From an uncultured cyanobacterium (GTDB taxonomy: Bacteria; Cyanobacteriota; Cyanobacteriia; Cyanobacteriales; CAWUOF01), in contig CAVUSO010000001.1 in NCBI GenBank assembly GCA_963744145.1, positions 5,312,001 through 5,376,000 of the forward strand: a stretch of 64,000 bases of DNA, in the 5' to 3' direction. How positions within the stretch are numbered: the first letter of the stretch is position 1; the number at the start of each line of letters is the position of its first letter. Under the pieces are notes generated by a model that was not told the origin of the DNA, did not search any database, and saw only the letters and a program-made list of their open reading frames with translations. This document shows, piece by piece, positions 19,572-28,143 of the stretch. A program made the translations under genes and the position numbers.

Positions 19572-20111
19572 ATGAAATTACAAAAACTCTTAGAAGAAAA
19601 ACGGACTGATATTCTAGATATTGCCGCTAATACCAATTAACTATGAAATTGCACTTAATCTGAGGTTGATCTGTTAGGTCAGGGCAGGTTTATAATGGTG
19701 ATCTGTTGGTGGCAAAATTGACTGGTGAACCTGCCCCTACCAATTTTATCCTCAATTTGCGGATTTCTGTAGGGGTGGGTTCACCGAGATGTTTGACATT
19801 TACCTACTAATCATCAAAACCCACCCTCACCCACAGATCAATCTTATCAATGTATCTTCATGGTGAATTGGTATAAACACGGAGCGTTTAATGTCCGGGT
19901 ATTTGGCTCAGTGGCGCGGGGTGAGGAAACAGAAAATAGTGATATTGATTTGTTAGTTGATTATGATCTCAAGAAAATTTCCCCTTGGTTTCCAGTGCGG
20001 CTAATCCGGGATTTAGAGGGATTATTAAGTCATAAGGTTGATGTGGTGACAGAAAACGGGCTAAAATCTCGGATTCGCGATCGCGTGTTGCAGGATTGTA
20101 TTTTGCTATGA
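19572..20111 (+). pseudogene. MNT (minimal nucleotidyltransferase) antitoxin interrupted by a MITE
   Basis: Removing 19629-19874 restores the 97-aa [37 protein letters not shown]...SDIDLLV. Confidence 0.9.
19630..19874. mobile_element. IS630-type MITE (~245 bp) carrying REP-like stem-loops
   Basis: Ends ATACCAATTAACTATGAA / TTCATGGTGAATTGGTAT (2 mismatches); terminal ATACCAATT shared with the IS630 at 20512. Confidence 0.85.
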
Positions 20112-20439
20112 GAAGTGATACAGAACGGTTAAAGGATATAGAAGAAGCCATTACCAAAATCGATAAATACAGTGTGAAAGGTAGAGAAAACTTTTTGGCT
20201 GATGAGTTAGTATAAGCATGGATTTTGCTTCATTTGCAGATGATTGGAGAAGCGGCAAGGTCTATGTCTGAGGAAACAGGCAATATTTACAAGTCAGTTG
20301 GCAAGATATTATTGATTTTCGCAATTTGGTTGTTCATGAATATTTCAAGGTTGATTTGGTAATTGTTTGGCTAATTGTTGAAAGTGAGTTGCCGATTTTG
20401 AAATCTCAAATTGCGTTGATCCTGGAAGAATTAAACTGA
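20108..20439 (+). pseudogene. HEPN (DUF86/HepT-like) toxin pseudogene
   Basis: [11 protein letters not shown]...ELV*(TAA 20213-20215)AWILLHLQMIGEAA, frameshift near 20280, then W...FRNLVVHEYF with RX4H motif; ATGA overlap with MNT. Confidence 0.88.
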
Positions 20440-20443
20440 AATT

Positions 20444-20490
20444 GCGATCGCACCCATCATTTCCCTTTCATGTTGCCCCCATTTCTCCCA
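20444..20490 (+). repeat. Inter-cassette linker, copy C (truncated)
   Basis: GCGATCGCACCCATCATTTCCCTTTCATGTTGCCCCCATTTCTCCCA, then an element end ATACGGTTCGGTTAAG. Confidence 0.85.
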
Positions 20491-20511
20491 ATACGGTTCG
20501 GTTAAGGTCTA

Positions 20512-21699
20512 ATACCAATTCTTGCAATTTCGACTACAGATAGTATAGAGTATAATTTGAGTAGAGTTGAAGGAAAAATATGGCAGGAGTTTATCACCTA
20601 GACATCAAGGAAAGTGAAGCCGAGCTGAAGAAATTGCTCGCAGTGGAAAAAACTGGTTCAGGAAAAGAACGATTACAAGTATTATATCTACTCAAGACAA
20701 CCAAAGCTAAAATAGTCACAGATGTTGCCGAAATTTTGGGCAGAAATCGAGTCACTGTTCGTAGGGGCGCAAGAGCAATACGCCCGTACACAAATACCGT
20801 CAAGGAGGACTGGCCAAATATCTGGGTAAAAAAGTGGGTACATGCCGACCGAGAAAAATTCCTGAATGGGCGATAAAAAGTTTAGAAAAACGACTAAATG
20901 AAGAGGAAGGATTTAATAGTTATGGGGAAATTTGTCAATGGTTATCATCAAATCTTGGCATAGAAGCCAAATATAAAACCGTTCATTAATTAGTGTATTA
21001 TAAACTAAAAGCCTCACCAAAAATCGCGAGGCCGAAAAGTACAGAACCGTCAAAAAAAAAGCTAGATAATTTTAGAAATCACTTGGCAGAAGACCTCGCT
21101 ATGCGTAGGGGCGTATTGCAATACGCCCGTACTTTGCTATAACAGTAATGGGTTTAGGGGATAAAATCAGATTTTTATGTCAAGATGAAACGCGGCTCGG
21201 ACTGAAGACGATTAGTGGGAGAAAAATCACCGCTTGTGGAGTAAAACCAATTGGTAAAGAAAGCGTGGAAATTTCAAGCAACTTATATTTATGGTGTAGT
21301 AGAGCCAAAGACGGGTGAACATTTCTTTTACGAGTTTACTCATCTCAATAGTCAATGCTTTCCGAGATTTTTAGACTTAGTAGCCGCGCATTTTTCGGAT
21401 AGTATTTTGATCATTCAGTTAGACAATCGTGGTTTTCATAAAGCTAAAAAGTTGGTAATTCCTAAAAACGTTATTTTAATGTTTCAACCATCCCATTGTC
21501 CTGAATCAAATCCAATTGAACAGGTATGGCAATATCTCAAAAAGGGATTGAGATGGGAATTACCAAAGAACTTAGATGGGTTAAGACTTTTAATTAGTAA
21601 AGAACTAGAAAAAATGAATTCAGAAGTAGTTGCCTCAATTACGGGACCAGCCTATATATTAGAGACTCTATCTGTAGTCGGCATTTAGAGAATTGGTAT
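20512..21699 (+). mobile_element. IS630-family element with degraded transposase
   Basis: TA-ATACCAATTCT...AGAATTGGTAT-TA; HTH part 20580-20876, QDETRLG, and DN.GFH...PESNPIEQVW in 21251-21688; stops and frameshifts. Confidence 0.9.
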
Positions 21700-21952
21700 T
21701 AGATTTTAATGCTTTTGAGCTTGACCTATATTTTTCCTCAGCTAGCGAGTGACAAAAGAGGGATTACTATCGCTGGCATACTAGAATCCGTCCTGTGGCT
21801 GGTGATATTATTTTAATAAAGGATAATCGTTGGCATGTAAAATCTGTTGAGCTAGCAAGTGCTAACTTTTCTGTTGATGGGTGGTTATGTCTTGAAGAAG
21901 TTGTTTAAATACAGATAATTCGTAAATTAGGAAAATTGTAGTAGCATAAAAT

Positions 21953-22654
21953 TCAGCAACCTCTTAGTTTCCGAACAATAGCAAAAATTTCACCTCTCCC
22001 AAAAAAAGCTCCATAGTACGCTAGAACTATCGCATGATAGCTAGCCTCAAAATCTTCTGATTTGGAAATAGAAGTTACATAGAGATGCTGTCCTCCTAAT
22101 GGGTGGCTAAAGTGATAAGCATAGTATCCGTCATTCAGTTCGCTAACCAAAACAGCACTGTCAAAGTCTTCTCTAATTAGTCCAACTGGTCCACAATGTT
22201 TACACCTTAATAACTCATCACGTAACTCATTTAATGTATGAATCATAGGTTGATTTGTAAATGGATCATGATCTGTAAAAAAATGAGAATTGCTTTGTTC
22301 TGAATATCCGGTATATCCAGTCACGTAATATGCAAAATGTTCACAGTTTCGATGTCCCAGATGATAATCAATCCCTGTTGTCATCTGTTTAATGCGTTCT
22401 TCTATCAATGCTAGACTAGCTCCAGTGCGTTTCTCTAGAGTAATCTCTTTCAATGCACCATTTTTAGCTAACCACTTATAGCCTCCGCCAACTTTAAATA
22501 ACTCTTCTCTAAAAATATGTCCTTTACCACCCATCCAGGAACTACCATCCCAAGGTCCCCACTCGATTATCTTGTCATCACCAACATAAACGAAGAAATG
22601 ACGAGTATGCGCCAACAGCTCAACAGATAAAATGTCGCCAACTTGGAATTGCAT
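21953..22654 (-). CDS. LRAT/NC-domain (permuted NlpC/P60) protein with unknown C-terminal domain
   Basis: GDIL...HFFVYVGD...YHLGHRNCEHFA. Confidence 0.75.
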   Translation of the reverse strand: MQFQVGDILSVELLAHTRHFFVYVGDDKIIEWGPWDGSSWMGGKGHIFREELFKVGGGYKWLAKNGALKEITLEKRTGASLALIEERIKQMTTGIDYHLGHRNCEHFAYYVTGYTGYSEQSNSHFFTDHDPFTNQPMIHTLNELRDELLRCKHCGPVGLIREDFDSAVLVSELNDGYYAYHFSHPLGGQHLYVTSISKSEDFEASYHAIVLAYYGAFFGRGEIFAIVRKLRGC

Positions 22655-22731
22655 CTGTCCAAAATTGCTGAATGTTTAATGCCTGTGAAAGGTATCCTAA
22701 GATTACCATAGTTTTTTAGAGAATTAGCCTG

Positions 22732-22828
22732 GGGTGCATCTCATATTTGCAAATCAATTCTCAGGTAACGAAAAACCAAGCGTTTCAGCCTCATTTTGAG
22801 CGTGTTTTTGCAAAACTGAGATGCTCCC
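22732..22828. mobile_element. 97-bp MITE with 9-bp target duplication
   Basis: GGGTGCATCTCA / TGAGATGCTCCC ends; ATTAGCCTG at 22723-22731 and 22829-22837. Confidence 0.85.
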
Positions 22829-22945
22829 ATTAGCCTGGATGATTGCTCCGGTGTGGGCGTAGTTGGCGATCGCCAAAATGGAACAACAGTGGATACTTTG
22901 GGATGGCTCTACTCCCAGCGTGGTAGATGTGAAGCGGATAAAATC

Positions 22946-23013
22946 TGTTCACCGGATGTTCACCGAATAGACGTGGATGGAGAAATTTTATTGTTCACTG
23001 AACGTTTACCGAA
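22946..23013 (+). promoter_or_regulatory. Two tandem pairs of 11-bp direct repeats (operator/iteron-like)
   Basis: TGTTCACCGGA TGTTCACCGAA ... TGTTCACTGAA CGTTTACCGAA. Confidence 0.6.
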
Positions 23014-23027
23014 CACCTTAAGCTAAT

Positions 23028-23354
23028 ATGGCCGAATTAGACAGATTCCCAGTAAAAGACCTACAAAATCGCTACAACTTAGGCAGGACAGCACTTTACG
23101 AGCGTTTCAAATTTACTCATATTACTCCCACAAAAGATGGAACTCGTTCTTATGTTTCTGGCGAGCAGCTAGAAGAACTCGATAGGTTAGATTTGCATAT
23201 CAAAGCTGGTGGTAAGTTAGAAGATTTCCATCCGAAGGTTCAATCCACCACTACGGAGATGGTTACATCGCCCCAATCTGCTACAGATAACTTTGAAGTT
23301 GTACAGGTTCAATTTGGGCGAGCAATTATGCAATTTAGATGTTTTTTGAGGTGA
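23028..23354 (+). CDS. Small putative HTH DNA-binding protein, possibly 3'-truncated
   Basis: VKDLQNRYNLGRTALYER is HTH-like. Confidence 0.55.
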   Translation: MAELDRFPVKDLQNRYNLGRTALYERFKFTHITPTKDGTRSYVSGEQLEELDRLDLHIKAGGKLEDFHPKVQSTTTEMVTSPQSATDNFEVVQVQFGRAIMQFRCFLR

Positions 23355-23366
23355 GATTGTCTTCTG

Positions 23367-23389
23367 CTAGCTACTTAGCAAGTAGCTAG
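23367..23389. terminator. Hairpin between convergent genes
   Basis: CTAGCTACTT-AGC-AAGTAGCTAG. Confidence 0.5.
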
Positions 23390-23391
23390 TG

Positions 23392-23760
23392 CTAACTAAA
23401 TTGTATTCGTATTTCTTCAATAGCTTCATCGAATCCTGTGTTATGAATCCAACCTACATAACCCCCAAATATCATTTTGTTTTCCGAATCTGCTAAGAAT
23501 ATATGTTTTACACCTACTGGATTTATGAAAAGTCTTACTGTTGTTTCATCTTTGAGCGTAAATAAGGGTCGCGCTCTTTTAAAGTCTCTACCATGAGCTA
23601 TAGTCATACCAGGAACGCTGAGTAACATTTCAACAACTTGTGCAGTTAGTGGAGAAATGCTAGAAGCAATCTCTGCTTCAGAATTCCAATCTGCTATAAC
23701 TTTAACTGCATCTCTTGATAGTTCAAGCGCCCCGTAAAATGGCTCTAATGGAGTTAGCAT
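23392..23760 (-). CDS. Hypothetical protein (~122 aa)
   Basis: Open frame; GGAG upstream of the ATG at 23760. Confidence 0.55.
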   Translation of the reverse strand: MLTPLEPFYGALELSRDAVKVIADWNSEAEIASSISPLTAQVVEMLLSVPGMTIAHGRDFKRARPLFTLKDETTVRLFINPVGVKHIFLADSENKMIFGGYVGWIHNTGFDEAIEEIRIQFS

Positions 23761-23845
23761 TTTCGTCATCTCCCAAATATGTAAAACCTGATTATACACA
23801 ACATAATTAACATAGTAGCCAAATTGACTAACCTTAACTAAGTCT

Positions 23846-24140
23846 TTGATCTTGGATGCAAATGCTCTCATTCATTTCCACTGGCTCAATGAATGGGCAT
23901 GGCTCCAAGAATACTATAGTCCACTTTTTGTGTCTCAAGATGTTTTGGATCTCGATAAACTGAAAGAAAGTACCAAGGAATCTGCTATTAAATATCTTCA
24001 GCCCTTGGCACTAAATACTACCGAAATGTATGAGCTTTACATCAAATTTAGGCAAGAGTTTGCGCCGATCGCTATTGCTGACTTTTCAACCAAGCGCGAT
24101 CGCCAAACATCAAGAGCTTATTTGTAGCACTGATGAAGCT
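23846..24140 (+). pseudogene. PIN-domain protein remnant
   Basis: ILDANALIHF start; frameshift next to the HIP1 at ~24096, with AIAKHQELICSTDE in another frame. Confidence 0.6.
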
Positions 24141-24201
24141 TCCAATCGCTCATTTATTGATTCCTCAAATTGGTTTAGGGATAGGGACATATACTAATTA
24201 T

Positions 24202-24217
24202 TGTAACTATGACTACA
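24202..24217. promoter_or_regulatory. NtcA-like box
   Basis: TGTA-ACTATGAC-TACA matches GTA-N8-TAC; TATAAT at 24232. Confidence 0.4.
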
Positions 24218-24335
24218 AACAGTCTATGATATATAATCTGTAGTGCTAACTTATGAAATTGGTGTTACTAGGTTGATCAAACCCCATTCTACCGATCGCC
24301 ATCAAAAACTGTCCGAAGCATGGCTTTTACTATTA

Positions 24336-24357
24336 TAGTTAAATAACTGTTTAACTA
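24336..24357. promoter_or_regulatory. Palindromic operator-like site upstream of the alkene reductase
   Basis: TAGTTAAA-N6-TTTAACTA. Confidence 0.5.
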
Positions 24358-24384
24358 ATCGATGTTAAGGGAGATTTCAGCCCA

Positions 24385-25518
24385 ATGAGTACCAACCTTA
24401 ATCTACTGTCACCATTCAAGCTAGGTCCATACAATCTGCCAAACCGTTTAGTGATGGCTCCTTTAACCCGGAATCGAGCAGGTGTGGGAAATGCTCCAAC
24501 ACAAATCAACGCAACTTACTATGCCCAACGAGCATCCGCAGGACTAATTATTAGCGAAGCCAGCCAAATCTCACCGCAAGGATTAGGCTATCCAAACACA
24601 CCAGGAATATATTCTCAAGCTCAGATCGATGGGTGGAAATTGGTAACTGATGCGGTCCATGAACGTGGAGGACATATTTTTCTGCAACTCTGGCACGTTG
24701 GACGAATCTCCCATCCATTACTACAACCAGAAGGTGCTTTACCTGTTGCTCCCAGCGCGATCGCTCCTGAAGGTACAGCTAGCACTTTTGCAGGACCAAA
24801 ACCCTTTGTGACACCTCGCGCTCTGGAAACCGAGGAAATTCCCACAATTATCGAACAATATCGACAGGGAGCAGAAAATGCTTTAGCAGCTGGATTTGAT
24901 GGGGTAGAAATTCACAGTGCCAATGGTTACCTACTAGATCAATTTATTGAAGATGGTACTAATCATCGGACTGATCAATATGGGGGTTCCATTGAAAATC
25001 GAGCTCGGTTGGTGTTGGAAGTTACCGAAGCTGTAACTAAAGTTTGGGGAGCAGAGCGAGTAGGTATTCGCTTGTCACCTGGTGGGATATTTAATAGTAT
25101 TTCTGACTCAAATCGAGTTGCTACCTTTAGCTATGTTGTTAATGCTCTTAATGCCTTCAATTTAGCCTATCTTCATTTAATTGAACCGAGAATAAATACA
25201 GATGCTCTCAGTGGTTGGGCTAAAAATGATGGCACTGTAGATGCTGCCCAACCAGATTTAAGTTCTCGATATTTTCGTTCGATTTTTCAAAGACCTATTA
25301 TTGCATCCGGTGGCTATGATCAGAAATTAGGTAATGCAGCGATCGCGAATGGAACTGCCGATCTAATTGCCTATGGACGGTGGTTTATTTCTAATCCCGA
25401 TTTGCCAGAGCGTTTTGCTGTCAATGCACCTTTAAATCCCTACGATCGCGCTAGTTTTTATGGTGGAGATGAAAAGGGTTATATTGACTATCCTGCACTC
25501 CAGGCACAAACAGTTTGA
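24385..25518 (+). CDS. Old yellow enzyme / NemA-like alkene reductase
   Basis: MAPLTRNRA, QLWHVGRISH, EIHSANGYLLDQF, FYGG...GYIDYP. Confidence 0.95.
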   Translation: MSTNLNLLSPFKLGPYNLPNRLVMAPLTRNRAGVGNAPTQINATYYAQRASAGLIISEASQISPQGLGYPNTPGIYSQAQIDGWKLVTDAVHERGGHIFLQLWHVGRISHPLLQPEGALPVAPSAIAPEGTASTFAGPKPFVTPRALETEEIPTIIEQYRQGAENALAAGFDGVEIHSANGYLLDQFIEDGTNHRTDQYGGSIENRARLVLEVTEAVTKVWGAERVGIRLSPGGIFNSISDSNRVATFSYVVNALNAFNLAYLHLIEPRINTDALSGWAKNDGTVDAAQPDLSSRYFRSIFQRPIIASGGYDQKLGNAAIANGTADLIAYGRWFISNPDLPERFAVNAPLNPYDRASFYGGDEKGYIDYPALQAQTV

Positions 25519-25594
25519 GGAGCGAATAAATCGAGACTATGGGATTTCTCGACCCACTAACCAATTCTTTAATTAGGTTAATAAAAAACATTTT

Positions 25595-26284
25595 ATGGAT
25601 TATAGCAATTTACGAGAACTGTTAAAAATTAAGCAGTGGAAAGAGGCTAATCAGTTAACTAAAGAGTTAATACTTAAATTAGCAAATCGGGAAGAAGAAG
25701 GTTATTTAGACGCTGCTGCTAGTCAAATACTACCTACTGCTGATTTGGTGCTAATCAATCAATTATGGTTAGAATTCAGTCATAATCATTTTGGTTTTAG
25801 TGTGCAACGAAGCATTGTCATTGAGGTAAATCAGCAATATAATAAGGCTCTAGACCATATAAATAGTTTTGTTGGTGATCAGAGTTATTTAAAATTCTGG
25901 TTTTGGGAACAAATTTTAATTAAATATTTAGGTTGGGATAGAAATATAGCAGAAAGCTTAGAGATAGATGATATTTTGAATACTCCTAGAGGATATTTAC
26001 CTTGGATAACTATTAATATTGCTCGGAGCATCGATCATAACCAAATTAAGGATATGGAAAGAATTGGCGGTTTATATAAGTTATTAATGCGGCGAGAATT
26101 GTTGGTAGATTTTCCTGAAGTTGAGTTTTTTAAGACATCGAGCTATTCTGATAAAACTGCTAGTAAATTTATTGGCTCTATTGTTAATTCTAGAAAAATT
26201 GAAGCCCTAAAACTCTATCGGGAATTAACGGGTGCTAGTCTGTTTGAAGCTAGACAGGCAATCGAAAAGTTAGGAGATTTTTAG
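25595..26284 (+). CDS. GUN4-like domain protein with a C-terminal ribosomal L7/L12-CTD-like module
   Basis: LRELL...WKEAN...INQLW..FS..HFGFSVQR...PRGYLP; C-terminus KIEALKLYRELTGASLFEARQAIE. Confidence 0.75.
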   Translation: MDYSNLRELLKIKQWKEANQLTKELILKLANREEEGYLDAAASQILPTADLVLINQLWLEFSHNHFGFSVQRSIVIEVNQQYNKALDHINSFVGDQSYLKFWFWEQILIKYLGWDRNIAESLEIDDILNTPRGYLPWITINIARSIDHNQIKDMERIGGLYKLLMRRELLVDFPEVEFFKTSSYSDKTASKFIGSIVNSRKIEALKLYRELTGASLFEARQAIEKLGDF

Positions 26285-26449
26285 TGATCATAAGAAACTT
26301 TCACTATCTTACCATCAATGGGAATAACCTCTCCTCCCATTTTGATAATTAGGGTATTTACCCAACCTTGAAAACATTGATTCAACTGTTGTGGATTGAT
26401 GAATTCAAACACTCGTCTAAAGGGATTATCTGAAGGAATACCGTTGGGT
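26285..26449 (-). pseudogene. ISAs1-family transposase fragment
   Basis: Minus strand reads PNGIPSDNPFRRVFEFINP...GEVIPIDGK. Confidence 0.7.
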
Positions 26450-26556
26450 TATATTTTAGTTTAGCCGATCAATTTTTAAATGTGTTGAGGATAAATTTAT
26501 CCTCATTATTAGCTCAGTAGCTGATTAATCTAAAATTCGCAATTGAGTAATTATTA

Positions 26557-26946
26557 TCAATTATATCCTATCTTCCAACCCAAAATTTTGGCTACTTGTT
26601 CTGCTAAAGTCAAAGGATCAAATGGCTTAGTAATTACTCCTTTTACTCCGATTTCTGCAAATATTTGTTGCTCATTAGATTTAACTTTTGCGGTGAGCAA
26701 AATTACCGGGATTTTCTGGATTAAAGGATTTGATTGTAACTGAGCAAAGGTAGCAAGACCATCTAGATCTGGCATCATTACATCTAAAAGAATAACATCG
26801 GGTTGGTTAGCAATAGCTAATCTTAATCCTTCTTGGGCACAAGCTGCTGTTAGCACTTCCCAATCAACTAACATTTCTATACTTAGTTGTGCTATTTCGC
26901 GGATATCATCTTCATCGTCAATCAGTAAGATTTTTTTGTTGGTCAT
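26557..26946 (-). CDS. Single-domain CheY-like response regulator
   Basis: ILLIDDE, LLDVMMP, LTAK, KPF; ATG at 26946. Confidence 0.92.
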   Translation of the reverse strand: MTNKKILLIDDEDDIREIAQLSIEMLVDWEVLTAACAQEGLRLAIANQPDVILLDVMMPDLDGLATFAQLQSNPLIQKIPVILLTAKVKSNEQQIFAEIGVKGVITKPFDPLTLAEQVAKILGWKIGYN

Positions 26947-27171
26947 TATCTTTTTGCCGATGGATTGACAAAGTTGCTCACTTAATTCCAATCTAGCTCA
27001 AAAACTTATATTTTGCTAAAAAATATAATTAATTAATAGTGATAAATATTTTTTTTATAATAAAAATTAACTGATCTAAAGATATTAGATGCCCCTGAAA
27101 CTACTAACTCGCTCCAAAAATAACTCTACCCTTAATCAGATAATGGCAGATCAATTACCATTTACATTAAA

Positions 27172-27684
27172 TTATTTTTGCTCAATTGGTGCAGATGAAT
27201 TTAACTGTTCCGATTGTTCCGATTGCATCTGCACTTGACGACGTGCCATTTTAATAGTTTTTGGTAAAACTCCTACTAACAAAGCCAAAGCATCATTAGG
27301 AATCTTTCCCACTGTATCCTGATCAAAATATTCACCAAACAAAGTTAATACTTCCATTGCTCTTTGGAGTGGGACAGAATTCTGGGTGACTTTTTGAGTA
27401 GCACGAAGCCATTGTTGTCTAATTGCATAAGCTTGCTGTCTTTCTTCATAAGATTCTGGATAAATTAAGGAAAGATCAGCGATCGTAATCACTCGACAAC
27501 ATTCTAAATCAAACAAGCCACCAACAGCAGCACCAGGACCAGCAAATTCCGCATGATGATGTTTCCAAATAATTAATCCACCCTGACGTTTGCTATCAAT
27601 CACCAGTAACTGACCTGTATTAAACTGAGTTAATACTTCCGTTGAATTTATGACTATTTGAGGCAGGAAATTTTTACTTGACAT
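27172..27684 (-). CDS. Hypothetical protein, possibly a degenerate CRP-like regulator
   Basis: AEFAGPGAAVGG region and C-terminal LALLVGVLPKTI HTH-like segment. Confidence 0.55.
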   Translation of the reverse strand: MSSKNFLPQIVINSTEVLTQFNTGQLLVIDSKRQGGLIIWKHHHAEFAGPGAAVGGLFDLECCRVITIADLSLIYPESYEERQQAYAIRQQWLRATQKVTQNSVPLQRAMEVLTLFGEYFDQDTVGKIPNDALALLVGVLPKTIKMARRQVQMQSEQSEQLNSSAPIEQK

Positions 27685-27733
27685 GGTGTTTTATTTAGCG
27701 TAATTTTAGATGGGAAAAATATCCAAATTATCT

Positions 27734-27937
27734 TTAATCAACCAGTTGAATAAAACCTCGACGAACGTTATAAACAACCCGATTAATAATCGCTTCATGT
27801 TCGCCCGTCATTGAATGTTCTAATAAAGCTGATCGAATCAATAAACGATCACGAACCGTAATTTTGCCAGAGTAAATTATTTCACCAAACAGCTCTTCGA
27901 GGGACATTGACCCAGGGAAACATCCATTGCTTTGCAT
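27734..27937 (-). CDS. Small hypothetical protein
   Basis: 67-aa ORF with SGKIT..DR..I...LL...E...INRV...VRRG pattern. Confidence 0.55.
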   Translation of the reverse strand: MQSNGCFPGSMSLEELFGEIIYSGKITVRDRLLIRSALLEHSMTGEHEAIINRVVYNVRRGFIQLVD

Positions 27938-28143
27938 GGGACTAAGGGAACTTTCTACTCCCGATAAAATCTCCTATTACTAATATTAATCATTTTTTCA
28001 ACAGTACCTGTGATCCCCACGGTTGACCATTCGTGATACTCATCTTGCTTTTTTGTGACTTCCGTCATACCCAAAAGGCAATTATCACTATTAGGTCTAG
28101 TCATTAAGAACCTTAAAAGACACTTTACCAACGGCAAGTGGCA

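Noticed and set aside
17500..20490. Linkers as classical integron attC sites
   Set aside because: No RYYYAAC...GTTRRRY inverted-core structure and no integrase in the window; kept only as an analogy
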